Assembly: GCA_035221665.1 (NCBI GenBank)
Contig: CM069132.1
Span: forward strand, 144,274,001 to 144,338,000
Direction of reading: 5' to 3'
Source: Okamejei kenojei
Lineage: Eukaryota
DNA length: 64,000 nt
A program made the position numbers and the translations under genes. Position 1 is the first letter of the stretch, and each line of letters opens with the position of its first letter. A model generated the notes under the pieces. That model was not told the origin of the DNA and did not search any database. It saw only the letters and a program-made list of their open reading frames with translations. Shown here piece after piece: positions 25,425-38,845 of the stretch.

Positions 25425-25900
25425 CTATGCGAAGGATGTTGTTAAACTGGAATGAGTACAGCGAAGTTTGAAGAGGATGTTGCCAAGACACTAACTAGGG
25501 CCTGAAATGTAGGGAGAGGTTGGACAGGCTTACACTATATTCCTTGGAGCGCGGGAGGATAAGGGGTGATCTTATAGAGGTTTATAAGACCATGAGGGGA
25601 ATAAATGGAGTAAATGCAGTCTTTTACCCAAAGTAGGGGAATCAAGAACCAGGTTGATACCCGGTTTAAGCTGAGAGGGAAAAGATTTAAGAGGAACCTG
25701 AGGGATAACTTTTTTGCACGGGTATATAGAATGAGGTGCCAGAGGAGTTAGTTGAGGCGGGTACTATAACAACATTTAAAAGACATTTGGACAGGTACAA
25801 GAATAAAAAAGGTATGGAGAGATATGGGCGTAACAGGGGCATGTGAGACCAGTGCAGATTGGGCATCTTGGTCAGCATGGGCTCATTGCATCAAGGGGCA
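25425..25900 (+). mobile_element. CR1 LINE 3' part, back-to-back with the previous copy
   Basis: gatgttgttaaactgga..gatcttatagaggtttataag..gtagttgaggcgggtac-like remnants. Confidence 0.8.
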
Positions 25901-25967
25901 TGCAATAGTGTTGAATGGCTCAATGACACTAAGACAGAAATAAGAGTTTTGGATGAACTCGAGCCAG

Positions 25968-26470
25968 GTTTAGGTTTATTAATGTCACATGTACAGAGAT
26001 ACAATGAAAAACATTGTTTTACTTGCTGTCCAGTCAAATCAGATAATACTGTACGTAAATACAATCAAGCTGAATTGAAGTACAATGGGTAGGGCAAATC
26101 GAAAGATACAGACTGCAGAAGATAGTTCTCAATATTGTAGCGCACCAGTGCCAGAGACAAAGCCTGATGTTCGCAATAGGGTAGAGCTGAATCAAGCAGT
26201 ACCTTAGCTTATGGAAGGACCGTTCAGAAGCCTGAGAACAGGATAAGAAGCTGTTCCTGAGTCTGGTGGTGCGTACTTTACTGTTTCTGTATCTTCTGCC
26301 TGACAGTAACGGGGAGAAGAAGGGTGGGACAAGTCTTTGATTACATTGACTGCTTTCCCGAGGCAGTGTGAAGTGTAGATGGAGTTAACGTGGGGAGTCT
26401 GTGCCACACCCACAACCCTGGAATTTCTTGAGGTCTTGGACAGAGCTGTTCCCATACCAAGCTGACGGTA
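25968..26470 (-). mobile_element. Rex/L2-type LINE 3' end
   Basis: Reverse complement of the family at 1525-2062 and 24060-24522 (ggtttattaatgtcacatgtac; VIKDLSHP). Confidence 0.75.
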
Positions 26471-27411
26471 TACTTTGGAGTAGTCTGCAAAACAGCAGCA
26501 ACCATGGACAGAATTCCTGACAATGCAAAGCTATCATGTATTACCAGGTCTGGCAGCGCTGTGCTAGTTCCAACAATCTTCATACATGCTGCTATAATCA
26601 TAGCAGAAAATTAAACTGCGTTGTTATTCAATCTATGAATTTTGTTACCTATTCACCAGTTTAGTTTCTCATTAAAAGATGAATGCATGTCAAGAGGCCT
26701 TGGCAACATTGACACGTTAGATTTGGGAATGCAAATTTTGGCATGAATGCATCCCTGTTGGCCTGCTCCACCGTATCTGTATATTCACATAAATTAATGA
26801 ACAGGCTTGTAAATCAGCTTGATAAAAACGTTTAGATGTGTTTTGGATCCAGTAAATGAATTCAAGTAATTGTTTTTGTTTAAAAGATATTGCTTTTTCT
26901 ATTCACTAAGTTCCTAAAAAATAAAGCAACCTACTTGTGAATCTCTGCTCCTACTCCAAAGCTAGAGATCAGGGCGGTTTTGTCTTTTTTTTTTTTTTTA
27001 ATACATCACCAATTCCTTCTCTCCAGAGATGCTGCCTGTTTCTCTGAGTTAGTCGAGCATTTTGTGTCGATCCAGAGGAGTTTAATTTATTCTAACTTGT
27101 GACATGTCACCAGCTTCACTTCAGCAGTTCCTTGCAAAGATTATCAAAATCTGTAAGTCTGTTTAGAGAGTGGGGCTCAACTTCATCCTGCATCACGACG
27201 GGCCTGTCTCAGAGGATACTCTGAATCTGCTACAGAATACAGACTGGAAACCGAGCCACGTGCAGGAAAGCTGGCTGCTCATTTTGTAATTTGCATTCCG
27301 GTGTTTAGTCATGCCCCTTTGTTCGCTGAGCTCAGTCACAGTCTAATTTTAAATTGTCAATTCCTGTTGCCTACTGAATTAAGATTTAACAGTATGTAAA
27401 TGGGAGGCATG

Positions 27412-27708
27412 ATAGAGTTGCTACCTTACAGCGCCAGAGACCTGGGTTCGATCCTGACCACGGGTGCTGTCTGTACGGCGTTTGTACGTTCTCCCTGTGA
27501 CCTTTTGTACGTTCTCCCTGTGACTGTTTTCTCCGAGATCTTCATTTTCCTCCCACACTCCAAAGACGTGTAGGTTAATTGGCATGGTATAAATGTAAAT
27601 TGACCCTAGTGTGTGCAGGATAGTGTTAATGTGTGGGGATCGCTGGTTGGTGCAGACTTGGTGGGCCGAAGGGCCTGTTTCCATGCTATATCTCTAAACT
27701 AAACTAAA
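27412..27708 (+). mobile_element. tRNA-derived SINE (HE1/V-SINE-like)
   Basis: B box gggttcgatcc, internal 22-bp duplication tttgtacgttctccctgtgac, tail gggccgaagggcctgtttcc..(taaac)n. Confidence 0.9.
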
Positions 27709-28997
27709 GGGCATTGATTGAAAAGAGAGCTGAATCTTTTTATACACATTTTTAAAAATTGTTGAAGATCTTCCTTAATGATGTTTAATCATTTGGTTTA
27801 AAGTTTTTCATATCGTTTAGAGCTAAATCTCTTCCTTACTAAGATACAAAAGTCCAGTGAATTAAAAAATAAAAGTTGAAGTACAGGGTTAAAAGAACAC
27901 AAATGCATGTATCTCTCTAAAAAGATGAGGTGCTAGCTTTATCTGTAAAAAAACACAATGGATTTGGTGAAGATGGTGCCTGCAAAAGGCTGACAGTAAT
28001 TCCCTGATCTCCACATTTCAACAGTGCATGTCCTGCCAATCACAACACAATAGAATGCCCATAGGAATTCATCAGGTCTATGCAATCAAAATTTAACACT
28101 GAACCCTGAGCTTCTACCAAAGGCTTAGCCAGAGAAGTATATTTAAAATGAGAGGTTAAATGCTGGAAACTAACGGGCCAGATAGAAAGGTTCAGATTAA
28201 GTATTCCAGAGAGGGAAGGTTGAATGTCCAATACTAAAGGTGAAGAAAGTTAAAGGAATAACTTAATTTCTGGGAGGCGTGAATAAGAGAAAGTATAAAT
28301 TATCCAGCTGAGTGCCCCAACACAATGAAGAGACAATGCAAAGTGATCATTATTGCCACTTTATTGTATAATCTAATTATAAACTAGTTTACATAATTCT
28401 CCATGCAGAATAGGAATCACATATACATATGGCTTAAACTTGTTACATGCATCAATCAGTAGCTTTAAAACCATCGGGTAGGTGAGAAACCCTCACAATT
28501 AAAAGGTACGACTGTAACACACAAAACGCATTTGTGACTTGCAACCATCCATTTATCCCACTTAAAAGATATATAGATGTAATCTTTCTGCAGCCACACA
28601 CCCTCTTAACTTTTGAGGAACCTCTACTGTGCCACTCACTCAGTTGTGTAAAAGTTCATTACAGTTTTTAAGTCACCGGGCATAATGAGTTTACATTAAT
28701 TTCAAAAGTCTACTGATTCCACATGCAGGAAACCCGACACCATGGCTTCTGCTTGCACAGTTGATGGCACAAAATGATAGCCATGAAAATATTGACCAGA
28801 CTTGCTCTTAAATTTTAATACTTTATGCATGTCTCCGGATGTCAATTGTGTTTATTACTGTTCAAATCAGTTATGGCTTTGACAAAGTAAAGCTTCAAAC
28901 CCAGCTGGATGGAAATGATCTGGTTGAGTATATATTATCAACACCAAATCTATGCAAACGTTAGGAACTGTAAAATGTAAACCTACATTTCAACCTA

Positions 28998-29325
28998 CAT
29001 CAATGCACAGAATCTCTTGCTCAGAGTGGGGGAATGGGGGACCAGAGGACATAGGTTCAAGTTGAAGGGGAAAAGATTTAATAGGAGTCTGAGTGGTAAC
29101 TTTTTCACACGAAGGGTGGTGGATGTATGGAACAAGCTGCCAGAGGAGGTAGTTGAGGCTGGGACTATCCCAAAGTTTAAGAAACAGTTAGACAGGTACA
29201 TGGATAGGACTAGTTTGGAAGGATATGGACCAAATGCAGGCAGGTGGGACTAGTGTAGCTGGAACATGTTGGCCAGTGTGGGCAAGTTGGGCCTGTTTCC
29301 ACACTGTATCACTCTGTGACTCTTT
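28998..29325 (+). mobile_element. CR1 3' end, about 110 bp upstream of the exon at 29437
   Basis: ORF 29017..29253 (TRGHRFKL...FFT.RVV..WNKLPEEVVEA). Confidence 0.9.
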
Positions 29326-29436
29326 TTGGGTTTTTTCTTAGATCTTTACGTACAGTTTTTAAAAATTAAGTGCATGCATACATTTTAATTTAAAACTAAC
29401 TTAATGTGGTTCTTGTGTTGCTATTTTCCCCTGCAG

Positions 29437-29724
29437 GTGTATCCTGGTTTGATGGTCACAGCAGGCTGCATTCATTGGATTTTGAACACGCTTCATATAA
29501 CAGTCCACATACGGGATGTCTGCGTCTTTCTAGCACCTGTGTTCAGCGGTCTTACGTCAATATCAACTTTTCTCCTCACAAAAGAGTTGTGGAACCAGGG
29601 GGCTGGACTACTTGCTGCCTGTTTCATCGCCATAGTGCCAGGCTATATATCTCGATCGGTAGCAGGCTCGTTTGACAATGAAGGAATAGCAATTTTTGCA
29701 TTGCAGTTTACATATTACCTGTGG
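29437..29724 (+). CDS. STT3B: STT3B exon (probable exon 3, 288 bp): [10 protein letters not shown]...[11 protein letters not shown]...[25 protein letters not shown], containing the DxE metal-binding motif
   Basis: ccctgcag acceptor and GTAAGT donor; lies inside ORF 29404..29790. [12 protein letters not shown] and [12 protein letters not shown] are STT3B-type rather than STT3A-type (from recall of the paralogs). Confidence 0.97.
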
Positions 29725-31249
29725 GTAAGTCATCTTACAGATCCAGCTCTGAAATCTGGAGAATGTTTTTTCCCCTCTGTGCAAAATTGATGAGGAAGTT
29801 CCTTTTTTTTTGTGAAGGTAGGTGATGGATAATATTGGATGGATTAACCATTAAAATTGATCTACTCATTTAAATGTTGGAACTTGGATTTAAATTGATT
29901 TTCCTAGTTAGCAACAAAATTACATGGTATGGTATTTGTGTTTTCAAAACTGCTCTTGAAAATCTTTCTATGGGCTCAGATTAAATTGATATGATTAACT
30001 TCAATTACTTTTTAACCTGTATTCAAGGGCACAGTGGTAATTCTGTTTGATCTAAAAATTGAATAAGTTAACTTTAAACTTTACAACTGCTTTGTAATCA
30101 TTGGGATTATAGAAGATTAATAACACTCTCTGATTTTGGAAGTTTGCATTTGATGATGTCTGTTAAAATGTAGGGAATCCGCACAGGGATGAATGTAACT
30201 TCAGAATCCTATCCGTCAGTGCACTGGTTTTTAATTGTTTTGCTTTATATGCATTGTCCCTGAGCCATTTTTGTTTTGCGGGTCCTGGTGATCTGGAGCC
30301 ATAGATTTTTAACGCTTATAGCAAAGCTAATGAGAGGTGGAAAGTTTCTATCTTTAAATCTTTACCAAGTTCTTGGGGGGGTGGTGGGGACAATTTTTTT
30401 TATCAGGCAAGAAGGTAGGAAAATGGAATTTGTCTGCAAGAAACAAAGCAGAGCTGCACCAACACTTTTTGTTTAAAAGCAGCTCCAGCACCCTGATTTG
30501 TTTTTTAAATGGCTAGTAATTAAAGGGTTGTTCTATGCACGTCAGAGATACCTGCCTGAATGGATGGTAATTATAGATCCTTAAATCGATAAATGATGAT
30601 ACATTTTAGGGAATGTACCATGGCAACACTTTTTATCAACCTATCTTATTGTTTTACATTCCCACAGCAAATGTTTACACAGCCATCCAATTTTGCAATC
30701 ATAATCTTGATTATATTTTAAAATGTGATATTGGCAAGCCAAAATAGTGCTTCTTGCTGATTTGCCCAATCTGGGGATTTGAGGTAGAAATTGTATGTAG
30801 TATAGATATGAGTGCCACTTATTGAACTATTTCAAACTCTATGCACATTTTGTCTGATACTGGCTGGCAATAAAATTAATTGACTACAGCCTTGTTCCCA
30901 TTATGCATTGAAAAGCTGCATTCCAGAGAAATGATGAGTGTCTGTCTTTTTATCAGTACGACTATTGACAAAGATTTACCAAGAGGCCCTGTTAAAACTG
31001 AAGTAAATGGGCATTGGGAGAAAACACTCCAATGTTAACATTTACACCATAATGCCAGACATCAATCCTTTCCAGTAACCACCCATCCTTGTATCATTCT
31101 GTATCATTAACGCCATTGAGTATCCCTAAAACAGGCAAACTAGCTGGATCAGGAGCAGAAATGCAATGACACAGAGCAGAGCAGAGAGGTGTCTCACCTT
31201 CTAACAAGTCAAAGCGTTTTGATCATTTGCCAAGCATAATTAAGAATGT

Positions 31250-31460
31250 ACACACAAAAAGCCGGAGTAACTCAGCAGGACAGGCAGCATTCCTTCTCTG
31301 GTGAGAAGGAATGGGTAACATTGCGGGTTGAGACCGATTCTCGACCTGAAACGTCACCCATTCGTTCTCCCCAGAGATGCTGCCTGACCCAGTGAGTTAC
31401 ACCAACTTTTTGTGTCTATCTTTGGCTTAAACCAGCATCTGCAGTTCCTTCTTACATGGA
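31250..31460 (+). mobile_element. Penelope-derived palindromic short element with 9-bp TSD
   Basis: taagaatgt at 31241-31249 and 31461-31469; inverted arms; partial core tctcgacctgaaacgtcacc. Confidence 0.82.
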
Positions 31461-32839
31461 TAAGAATGTGATTGATTACACTCGATTTGCATGGATGAAT
31501 TCAGCTCCCAAGAGTTTTTTTAAAGCTTGACAAAATCCAGAACATAGCACCAACTTGATTGACACCACATCTACCATTCTGAACATTCATTCTCGGCACC
31601 ACTGGGGCAGAGTAACTGTAGTGTTTGCAGGTTATGAAATGTGCCACATTTGCTACTCCAACAGTGCTTTCCTTGCTCATCTTCTGCTGCCAAGAATGTC
31701 TGGGCAGCATGTATGCAGACATAAGAAAGTGCAGATGCTGGAATCTTGAGCAAAGCATAAAGTGCTGGAGTGGATCAGGCATAATTTGTGGAGGGAATGG
31801 ATGGGTGACGTTTTGGGACCGGACCCTTTTTCAAACTTCAGATAACATATATGGGAAAGCCACCACTCGCATGTCCCCTGCCAAGTCGTACTTGAAAATA
31901 TATTCTCATTTTGTCATGGTCAATGAATCTTAAATCTTGGAAGATTCATAATGCTGTTGGATTGGGAATACCTTTGCCAGAGGTACTGCAACAGTTAAAA
32001 GCAAATGGTTCGCCATCATCTTTCAGAGGGCAATAATACTGGCCTTTTCATCAATGTCTGCATTCTAAAGCACTCAACTAACAGCAAATATTCACTTGTT
32101 CCAGATCACCAAATTAAATTCTTTATCATGACCACAATTAGGGTGAAGTGCAGCCACAATGAAAAATCTTGCTTGCAGTAGCATCACTGGCACTGGCAAA
32201 GGGATTAATAAAGTATTTATTATTATTATTATTTTTATATAGACTCAAACAAATGAATACATAAATTATACATATGTTACACATAAAAGAAAAGGCTGCA
32301 ACAGTCCATTGTAGTGCTAGGAATGGGCTGTGGTGTTCCATTGAGGTAGGTTTGTTATATGGTTTAGTTTGTGCAGCTTTGTTCAGGAATCTGATAGTTT
32401 TCAGGAGAAAGATTTTTTTGGTGATATAGTACATGTGGACTGTGGTAGCATGGTTTGATAAAGTAGGTGCTTTATCTGCCTATTTAATCATTAATTTACA
32501 CAAAAATATACAATTTAGCAGCTCGGACTTTCATTGTCAGATGCAGACTCTGATGGATTTCAGCAGCTAAAATGAAATCTCATGAGGTATGAATGCTTTT
32601 GTCACTGTCCCCTTTTCAACTGCTGGACAAGATTGTGTTCACCAACCTATCAGTAACGTAGAATGTGAAGTAAGATGATCCAGTTCTAACACTGGAATAA
32701 GCAGCCCATTCTGAAGTAAAAATGTACAAGAAATCTGAAATAAAACAAAATGCTGGAAACACTCAACAGGTCAAGCAGCATGTAGAGGAAGAGTTTAGTT
32801 TAGAGTTGAGAAAGAGTCAATGTTTCGGGTCAAAGACCT

Positions 32840-33183
32840 CCTAGGAATAGACGAGGTAAATGCACAGAGTCTTTTACCCAGAGTAGGGGATCGAGAACTA
32901 GCGGACATAGGCTTTGGGGGAGGGAAGAGATTTAATAGGAACCCGAGGGGCAAATATTTTACAAAAGGATGGTGGGTATATGGAATGAGCTGTCAGAGGA
33001 GGTAGTTGAGCCAGGTACTATCACAACATTTAAAAGACATTTGGATAGGTACATGGATAGGATAGCTTTAGAAGGATATGGGCCAAATGCAGGCAGGTGA
33101 AACTAGTATAGATGGGACATGTTGGTCGGCGTTGGAAAATTGGACCGAAGGGCTGTTTCCATGCTGTACGACTATGACTCTGC
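32840..33183 (+). mobile_element. CR1 3' end inserted in a - strand hammerhead-bearing element (about 32730-33196)
   Basis: gacct duplicated at 32835-32839 and 33184-33188 around a CR1 tail. Confidence 0.78.
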
Positions 33184-33386
33184 GACCTTCATCAGGAGTT
33201 TTTGTCCTTCCTGGGCGCTATGAAATGCAATGTTAATGCATGATGATTTGAATGAATCTGTCACACTTTGCGGAAAAGCAAATATTTTTCATTTGTTTCC
33301 CATAATTTAAAGAATTGAACAGGACCAAATTGCTGGGTTTACTTTATTTTTATCACTGTCACCAAATATTACATTGAAAAATTATT

Positions 33387-33451
33387 GGTAGACAAAAATG
33401 GTGGAGAAACTCAGCGGGTGAAGCAGCATCTATGGAACGAAGGAAATAGGC
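33387..33451. mobile_element. Solo arm of the Penelope-derived element
   Basis: ggtagacaaaaatggtggagaaactcagcgggtgaagcagcatctatgg flanked by aaaaatt(a/c)tt. Confidence 0.7.
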
Positions 33452-33554
33452 AAAAATTCTTTATCATTTGAAATTTCTCAAATGAATTCAGTGATTCAGT
33501 GGAGCCACGTAGCAAACTTTAACTGAAACACAAGCAAGTTTGAACCTAGTATAT

Positions 33555-33830
33555 GATATTTAAGGGACAGAAGTTTAGGGGTAACGTGAGGGGGAACTTC
33601 TTTACTCAGAGGGTGGTGGCTGTGTGGAATGAGCTTCCAGCAGAAGTGGTGGAGGCAGGATCGATTTTAACATTTAAGAGTAAAGTGGATAGGTATATGG
33701 ACGTGAAGGGAATGGAGGGGTATTGTCTGAGTGCAGGTAGATGGGACTAGGGGAAAACAAATGGTCGGCACGGACTGGAAGGGCCGAGAGGGCCTGTTTC
33801 CGTGCTGTAATTGTTATATGGTTATTTATG
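33555..33830 (+). mobile_element. CR1 3' end
   Basis: ORF 33553..33750 (GNFFTQRVV.VWNELP.EVVEAG). Confidence 0.88.
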
Positions 33831-34561
33831 TCATTCTCCCATATAGAAGACAAGAGAAACATTGTCACATCTGATTGTAGGGATGTGGAATTGTTGAGAT
33901 AAAACAAGATTGCGTGGAGTCCTGCGGGTTCAGAGTTGATGGTAAAATGGCAGGATGTAGGTGTTTTATTTCTAACCGGGAGAAATTTACCTTTGTGGAT
34001 GAAGTTTAAAAAAAAGTGAAAAGGAGGAAGGAGAAAATAAAACCTAGCTCTTCCTTTTTTCCATTGCTTACTGCTTTTGAACCCTGGGATGCATTTTGAA
34101 CAACTAATAAGGGAAGAATATAGGCAATGAATGGGAAAGCCCTTGTAATTTGGGGGAACAAGATTCCCTAGTAGCAGCATAGTGAGCTGGTGAAGAAGGC
34201 ATGTGGGATAATTGACTTCATGTTAAAACTTTAAGTTATCGTAAAACTTTATAAAACACTGCCAAAAGCCATCGTAGAGTAATTCAAAATTCCCAAAAAA
34301 GAAATGATTCAGTCTGAAGAAAGGTCATGACGCAAAACACGTCAGCCATTTCCCTTTACAGATGCAGCCTGACCTGCCGAGTTCCTACTTCCTACAGCAT
34401 TTTAATTTTACACGTGTCTGAATGTTTATTATAGGTTTTACAGAGTATTATGCTTGCATATCTGCTGCAATTAAGAATTTCATTGTTCCGTTAAGGGACA
34501 TATGACAATAAAACACTCTTGACTCATATTGATGTGGCAAAGGATGGGTAGGAGTGCTCGT

Positions 34562-35379
34562 AAACATAGAAACATAGAAACATAGAAATTAGGTGCAGGA
34601 GTAGGCCATTCAGCCCTTCGAGCCTGCACCGCCATTCAATATGATCATGGCTGATCATCCAACTCAGTATCCCGTACCTGCCTTCTCTCCATACCCTCTG
34701 ATCCCCTTAGCCACAAGGGCCACATCCAACTCACTCTTAAATATAGCCAATGAACTGGCCTCAACTACCCTCTGTGGCAGAGAGTTCCAGAGACTCACCA
34801 CTCTCTGTGTGAAGAAAGTCTTTCTCATCTCGTCTTAAAGGATTTCCCCCTTATCCTTAAGCTGTGACCCCTTGTCCTGGACTTCCCCAACATCGGGAAC
34901 AATCTTCCTGCATCTAGCCTGTCCAACCCCTTAAGAATTTTGTAAGTTTCTATAAGATCCCCTCTTAATCTCCTAAATTCCAGAGAGTATAAACCGAGTC
35001 TATCCAGTCTTTCTTCATAAGACAGTCCTGACATCCCAGGAATCAGTCTGGTGAACCTTCTCTGCACTCCCTCTATGGCAATAATGTCCTTCCTCAGATT
35101 TGGAGACCAAAACTGCACGCAATACTCCAGGTGTGGTCTCACCAAGACCCTGTACAACTGAAGTAGAACCTCCCTGCTCCTGTACTCAAATCCTTTTGCT
35201 ATGAAAGCTAACATACCATTCGCTTTTTTCACTGCCTGCTGCACCTGCATGCCTACTTTCAATGACTGGTGTACCATGACACCCAGGTCCCGCTGCATCT
35301 CCCCTTTTCCTAATCGGCCACCATTTAAATAATAGTCTGCTTTCCTGTTTTTGCCACCAAAGTGGATAACCTCACATTT
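34562..35379 (-). mobile_element. Young CR1 LINE, longest copy of the young subfamily (about 820 bp)
   Basis: ORF 34825..35439 is open from KCEVIHFG through LVRPHLEYCVQFW to TRGHSL; (CATAGAAA)n tail. Confidence 0.96.
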
Positions 35380-36157
35380 GTGAGGTAAAGTGGAACGATC
35401 AGCCAGGATGGGGCCCAATACAGAAAGCACGAATACCAAGGCTACACGTTGAATGCAAAGTCCAACACAATACCTGTGGTCAAAGGGAATTATTTATCAC
35501 TGTGAACCAGATTTCAGACGGGTTCTGTATGTCAATAGATTTATCTAAGTTGAGGTTGTGAATCTGGTTTACTTTACTTACAATAGAGCAAACACCCATG
35601 GTTGGTGAATACTGAACAATGCTGAATAAGAATTTAATTCACTGTAGTCTATAGAGAAAAAAATCTATACACTGAGGGATAGCCTTTAAATTCTGTTCAA
35701 AGACAAACTGCAATCCATTACTAAATTGCACTCATTTTTCTTACCTTATTGCTTTCATGGCATGCATCTTGAATGTTTATCTTAAAGTCAAATCACTTTT
35801 TCAAAGCGATTGAACACAATATTTCACTAGACTTGTTGGCAGTAAAGTGATTTAAAACTAACTTCAGTCCCTCAGGATTAAGGAAGCAGAATGTACATAA
35901 CACTTTTGTCATATCTCTTCCTAGTTTGGAAATATGTCAAGAAATCATGGAAAAGAAACCTCATCTATCTGTTCAGAGCTCTTCTCTGTTCAGAGAATTT
36001 TGCATGCTGCAAAATACAAAGCTAGAAGCAATAGTGGGCAGTTGATAGAAATGGTGCCAGCCACAGTTTTGGTGACGAGAGAGATATTTATTCTCACCAT
36101 AGACGTCACACCTGACATATTTCCAACTTCTTTTTAAAAAAACACTGACAAAGTATT

Positions 36158-36430
36158 TTACCCAGGGTAGGGGAATGCGAGAGGGGCAAAATTTAATATG
36201 AATCTGAGGGCTAACCTTTTCCACTCAAAGGGTGGTGGGTATATGGAACGATCTGCCATAGGCGGTCGTTGAGCCAGATACTATAACAGCATTTAAAAGA
36301 CTCTTCAATTGCTACATTGATATGAAAGGCTTAGAGGGGCAAGTGCCAAACGGGACGAGCTTAGATGGGGGGGGGACCTTGATTGGCATGGACGAGCTGG
36401 GTCAAAGGGGCTGTTTCTGGGCTCCATCAC
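36158..36430 (+). mobile_element. Old CR1 3' end
   Basis: ttttacccagggtagggga..gggtggtgggtatatggaac..gggctgtttctgggctc. Confidence 0.75.
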
Positions 36431-38394
36431 TCAAATTATTCTAAAAAATGAACTGTGGATTAAAATAAAAGTGAATACCTACGTCCATCGCAGTAATACC
36501 TCCCAATACAGAGCAAAATGTAATTGTGTGGTGTGCCTGACTACAGACCAAAAAATGAAAATTAGAACTTGTTTATGGGTGGTGGCGATAAGATGGTAAT
36601 TATGTTATCACAAGGCTCAAAGGAGTTCAAATAGGTTAAGTCATTTGAAGACCTCTGAGAACAGGCCTCTTAGAATTATCAATAGAATTTCAGAAGAAGT
36701 ATAATGCCAGAATGCAAAGTGCTTGCAGTAGCCATGGAAATAGTCTAAAAACAATATTTTCTCAATAATTTAACAATAATTGTCTAAAAACAATATTTTC
36801 TCCTCCGCAATATTATTACAAGCAGTCGAATACTGGGTTAAGTTCCTGAGGATATGTCACTGATGTTAATGATGAAAGTAATTAGGGGAGTAAATTGAAA
36901 GTATCAGTGGAGAAAACTAAAGCAATAAAATCAGTGCAATTTCTTCCCTTTCTTGCCATTGTGGTTACAATATTTCCCATTCATTGATATTAATTTGAGG
37001 CTTATGTCACTTATTCGATTTCCCATTTCTAACAGCGATGTAAAAAAATAGCATTACCTATGTTATTCATGCAGAAAAATTAACAATGTACTGAAATATA
37101 AAGCATGATTACTGAAAATGCAATTATCTATAAACATTTAAGGTGTTTTGCAGATTATGGTAGTGGAAAGATATTGATTGCACTGGAGAAGGTGCAGAGA
37201 TGACTTGCAAAGATACAGCCTGACTGGGAAATGTAGCTCGGAGGAAAGATTATTTTCTTTGTAACAGGAAGTTAAAGAGATACTTAATTGAAGAACCTTT
37301 TTTTTGACTCGGGGGTTAAAGATAGCATGAATCGAATTAAAGTAATTGGATTAGAGGGAAATTTAGGAATAGAAATTTCACTCAGTGTGATGAAGACCTG
37401 AAATACACTCCCTGAAAGCATGATAGAGTTAGAAACCCCATCACATTTAAACACTACTTGAAGAGCCATGACTGGCAGGATTAGAGACCTAGGGGTAGAA
37501 GATGCAACTAACTAGGTTAGGCAAGTCTTTTTCAACCAGCAGAGACGTGATGAGACAAATGGCTTTCTTTAAAAAATCTTCTTCAATTCTATTCATTGAT
37601 ATTCCTCCAAAATTAAAATGGAAAACGATGAAGATGATCTGGCAACATATGTAGGAAAAGAAACAGTTTGCATCTCGGGCTGATGACCTTTCACCAAGCA
37701 CCAGAAATGCTGCAGAAAGGGGTGGGATAGAGTAGCAGAGTGTTGTGCCATTAATGTACTTTGCAGCGGTGACGCCTTAATGCAGCACTCATTGAAATTG
37801 AGTAACTCGGATGCAATTTCCGTAATAAGCACATTAGCTTTTAAATGGTCAAAAGGGTTCGCTTGAAAATTAAAGCACAAAACAAACCTTCATAGGTCAA
37901 CTTGCCTACTCCTGGAATTAATCATGTGCCTCTAATGCAAGTATATCCTTGTTTAAATCAGAAATCTAAGGAGCATGAAGTATGTTAGGTGTTGTCTTGT
38001 TTGTGCATGTACAGTCATAGCAACATTTCCACATATTTGTACAGCATCCTTTTTAATAAATGTCTACATTTCACAGACTTCTCAAATAGATGTTCTACCT
38101 GCATGTTAACTGTGCTCACTGAGGTATTTAGCAGTCCAGGCTATGGAAGGAAATAATTGGTAGAGATTTTGTTATTGATTTCCACAACATGTAAATTTTC
38201 TCCATGTAAACAATATTATTTTCTAATCTTCCAGCCCAAGGGGATAACCTCACATTTCCTCATATTATGCCCCATCCAACAAATTTATATTTAGTTGGTT
38301 AACCCATCTACATCCCTATGCAGACTTTATCATCCTTTCCAGGTACAATTTGCATTTCTTTGGAAAGCCCACCAAAGCCACGGCACCAATCGAT

Positions 38395-38640
38395 AACCCA
38401 TTCACATTGGTTCTATGTTATCCCGCTTTTGCATCTTATACATTCAATTTTATGGCAACCAATTAACGTATGATCCCGCAGGTCTTTGAGATGTGGGAGA
38501 AAACTCGTGCACCCGGAGGAAACCCACGCAGTCACGGGGAGAGTGTGCAAACTCCACACGGACAGTGCTGCGTTCACAATTGAACCCGGGTGTCTGGTGC
38601 TGAGAGGCAGCAGGCCAACAAGCTGCACCACTGTGCTGCC
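38395..38640 (-). mobile_element. tRNA-derived SINE
   Basis: gcacccggaggaaacccacgcagtcacggggagagtgtgcaaactccacac..ttgaacccggg..gcaccactgtgctgcc. Confidence 0.85.
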
Positions 38641-38845
38641 CTCATAGCTTCCTGTGTGATCAGGAAATTGGGTTGCAATACACTTGGTCATGGAGTCATA
38701 GAATTGCACAAGACAGGAACATGTATAATGCATATCATATCCTTCCTTGCCGACTATCAAGTGTCTACCTCTACTAATCACATATTCCAGCACGATGTCC
38801 ATATCTTTCTCGGTGTTGCTGATTCAAGTGCACATCTAGATACTT

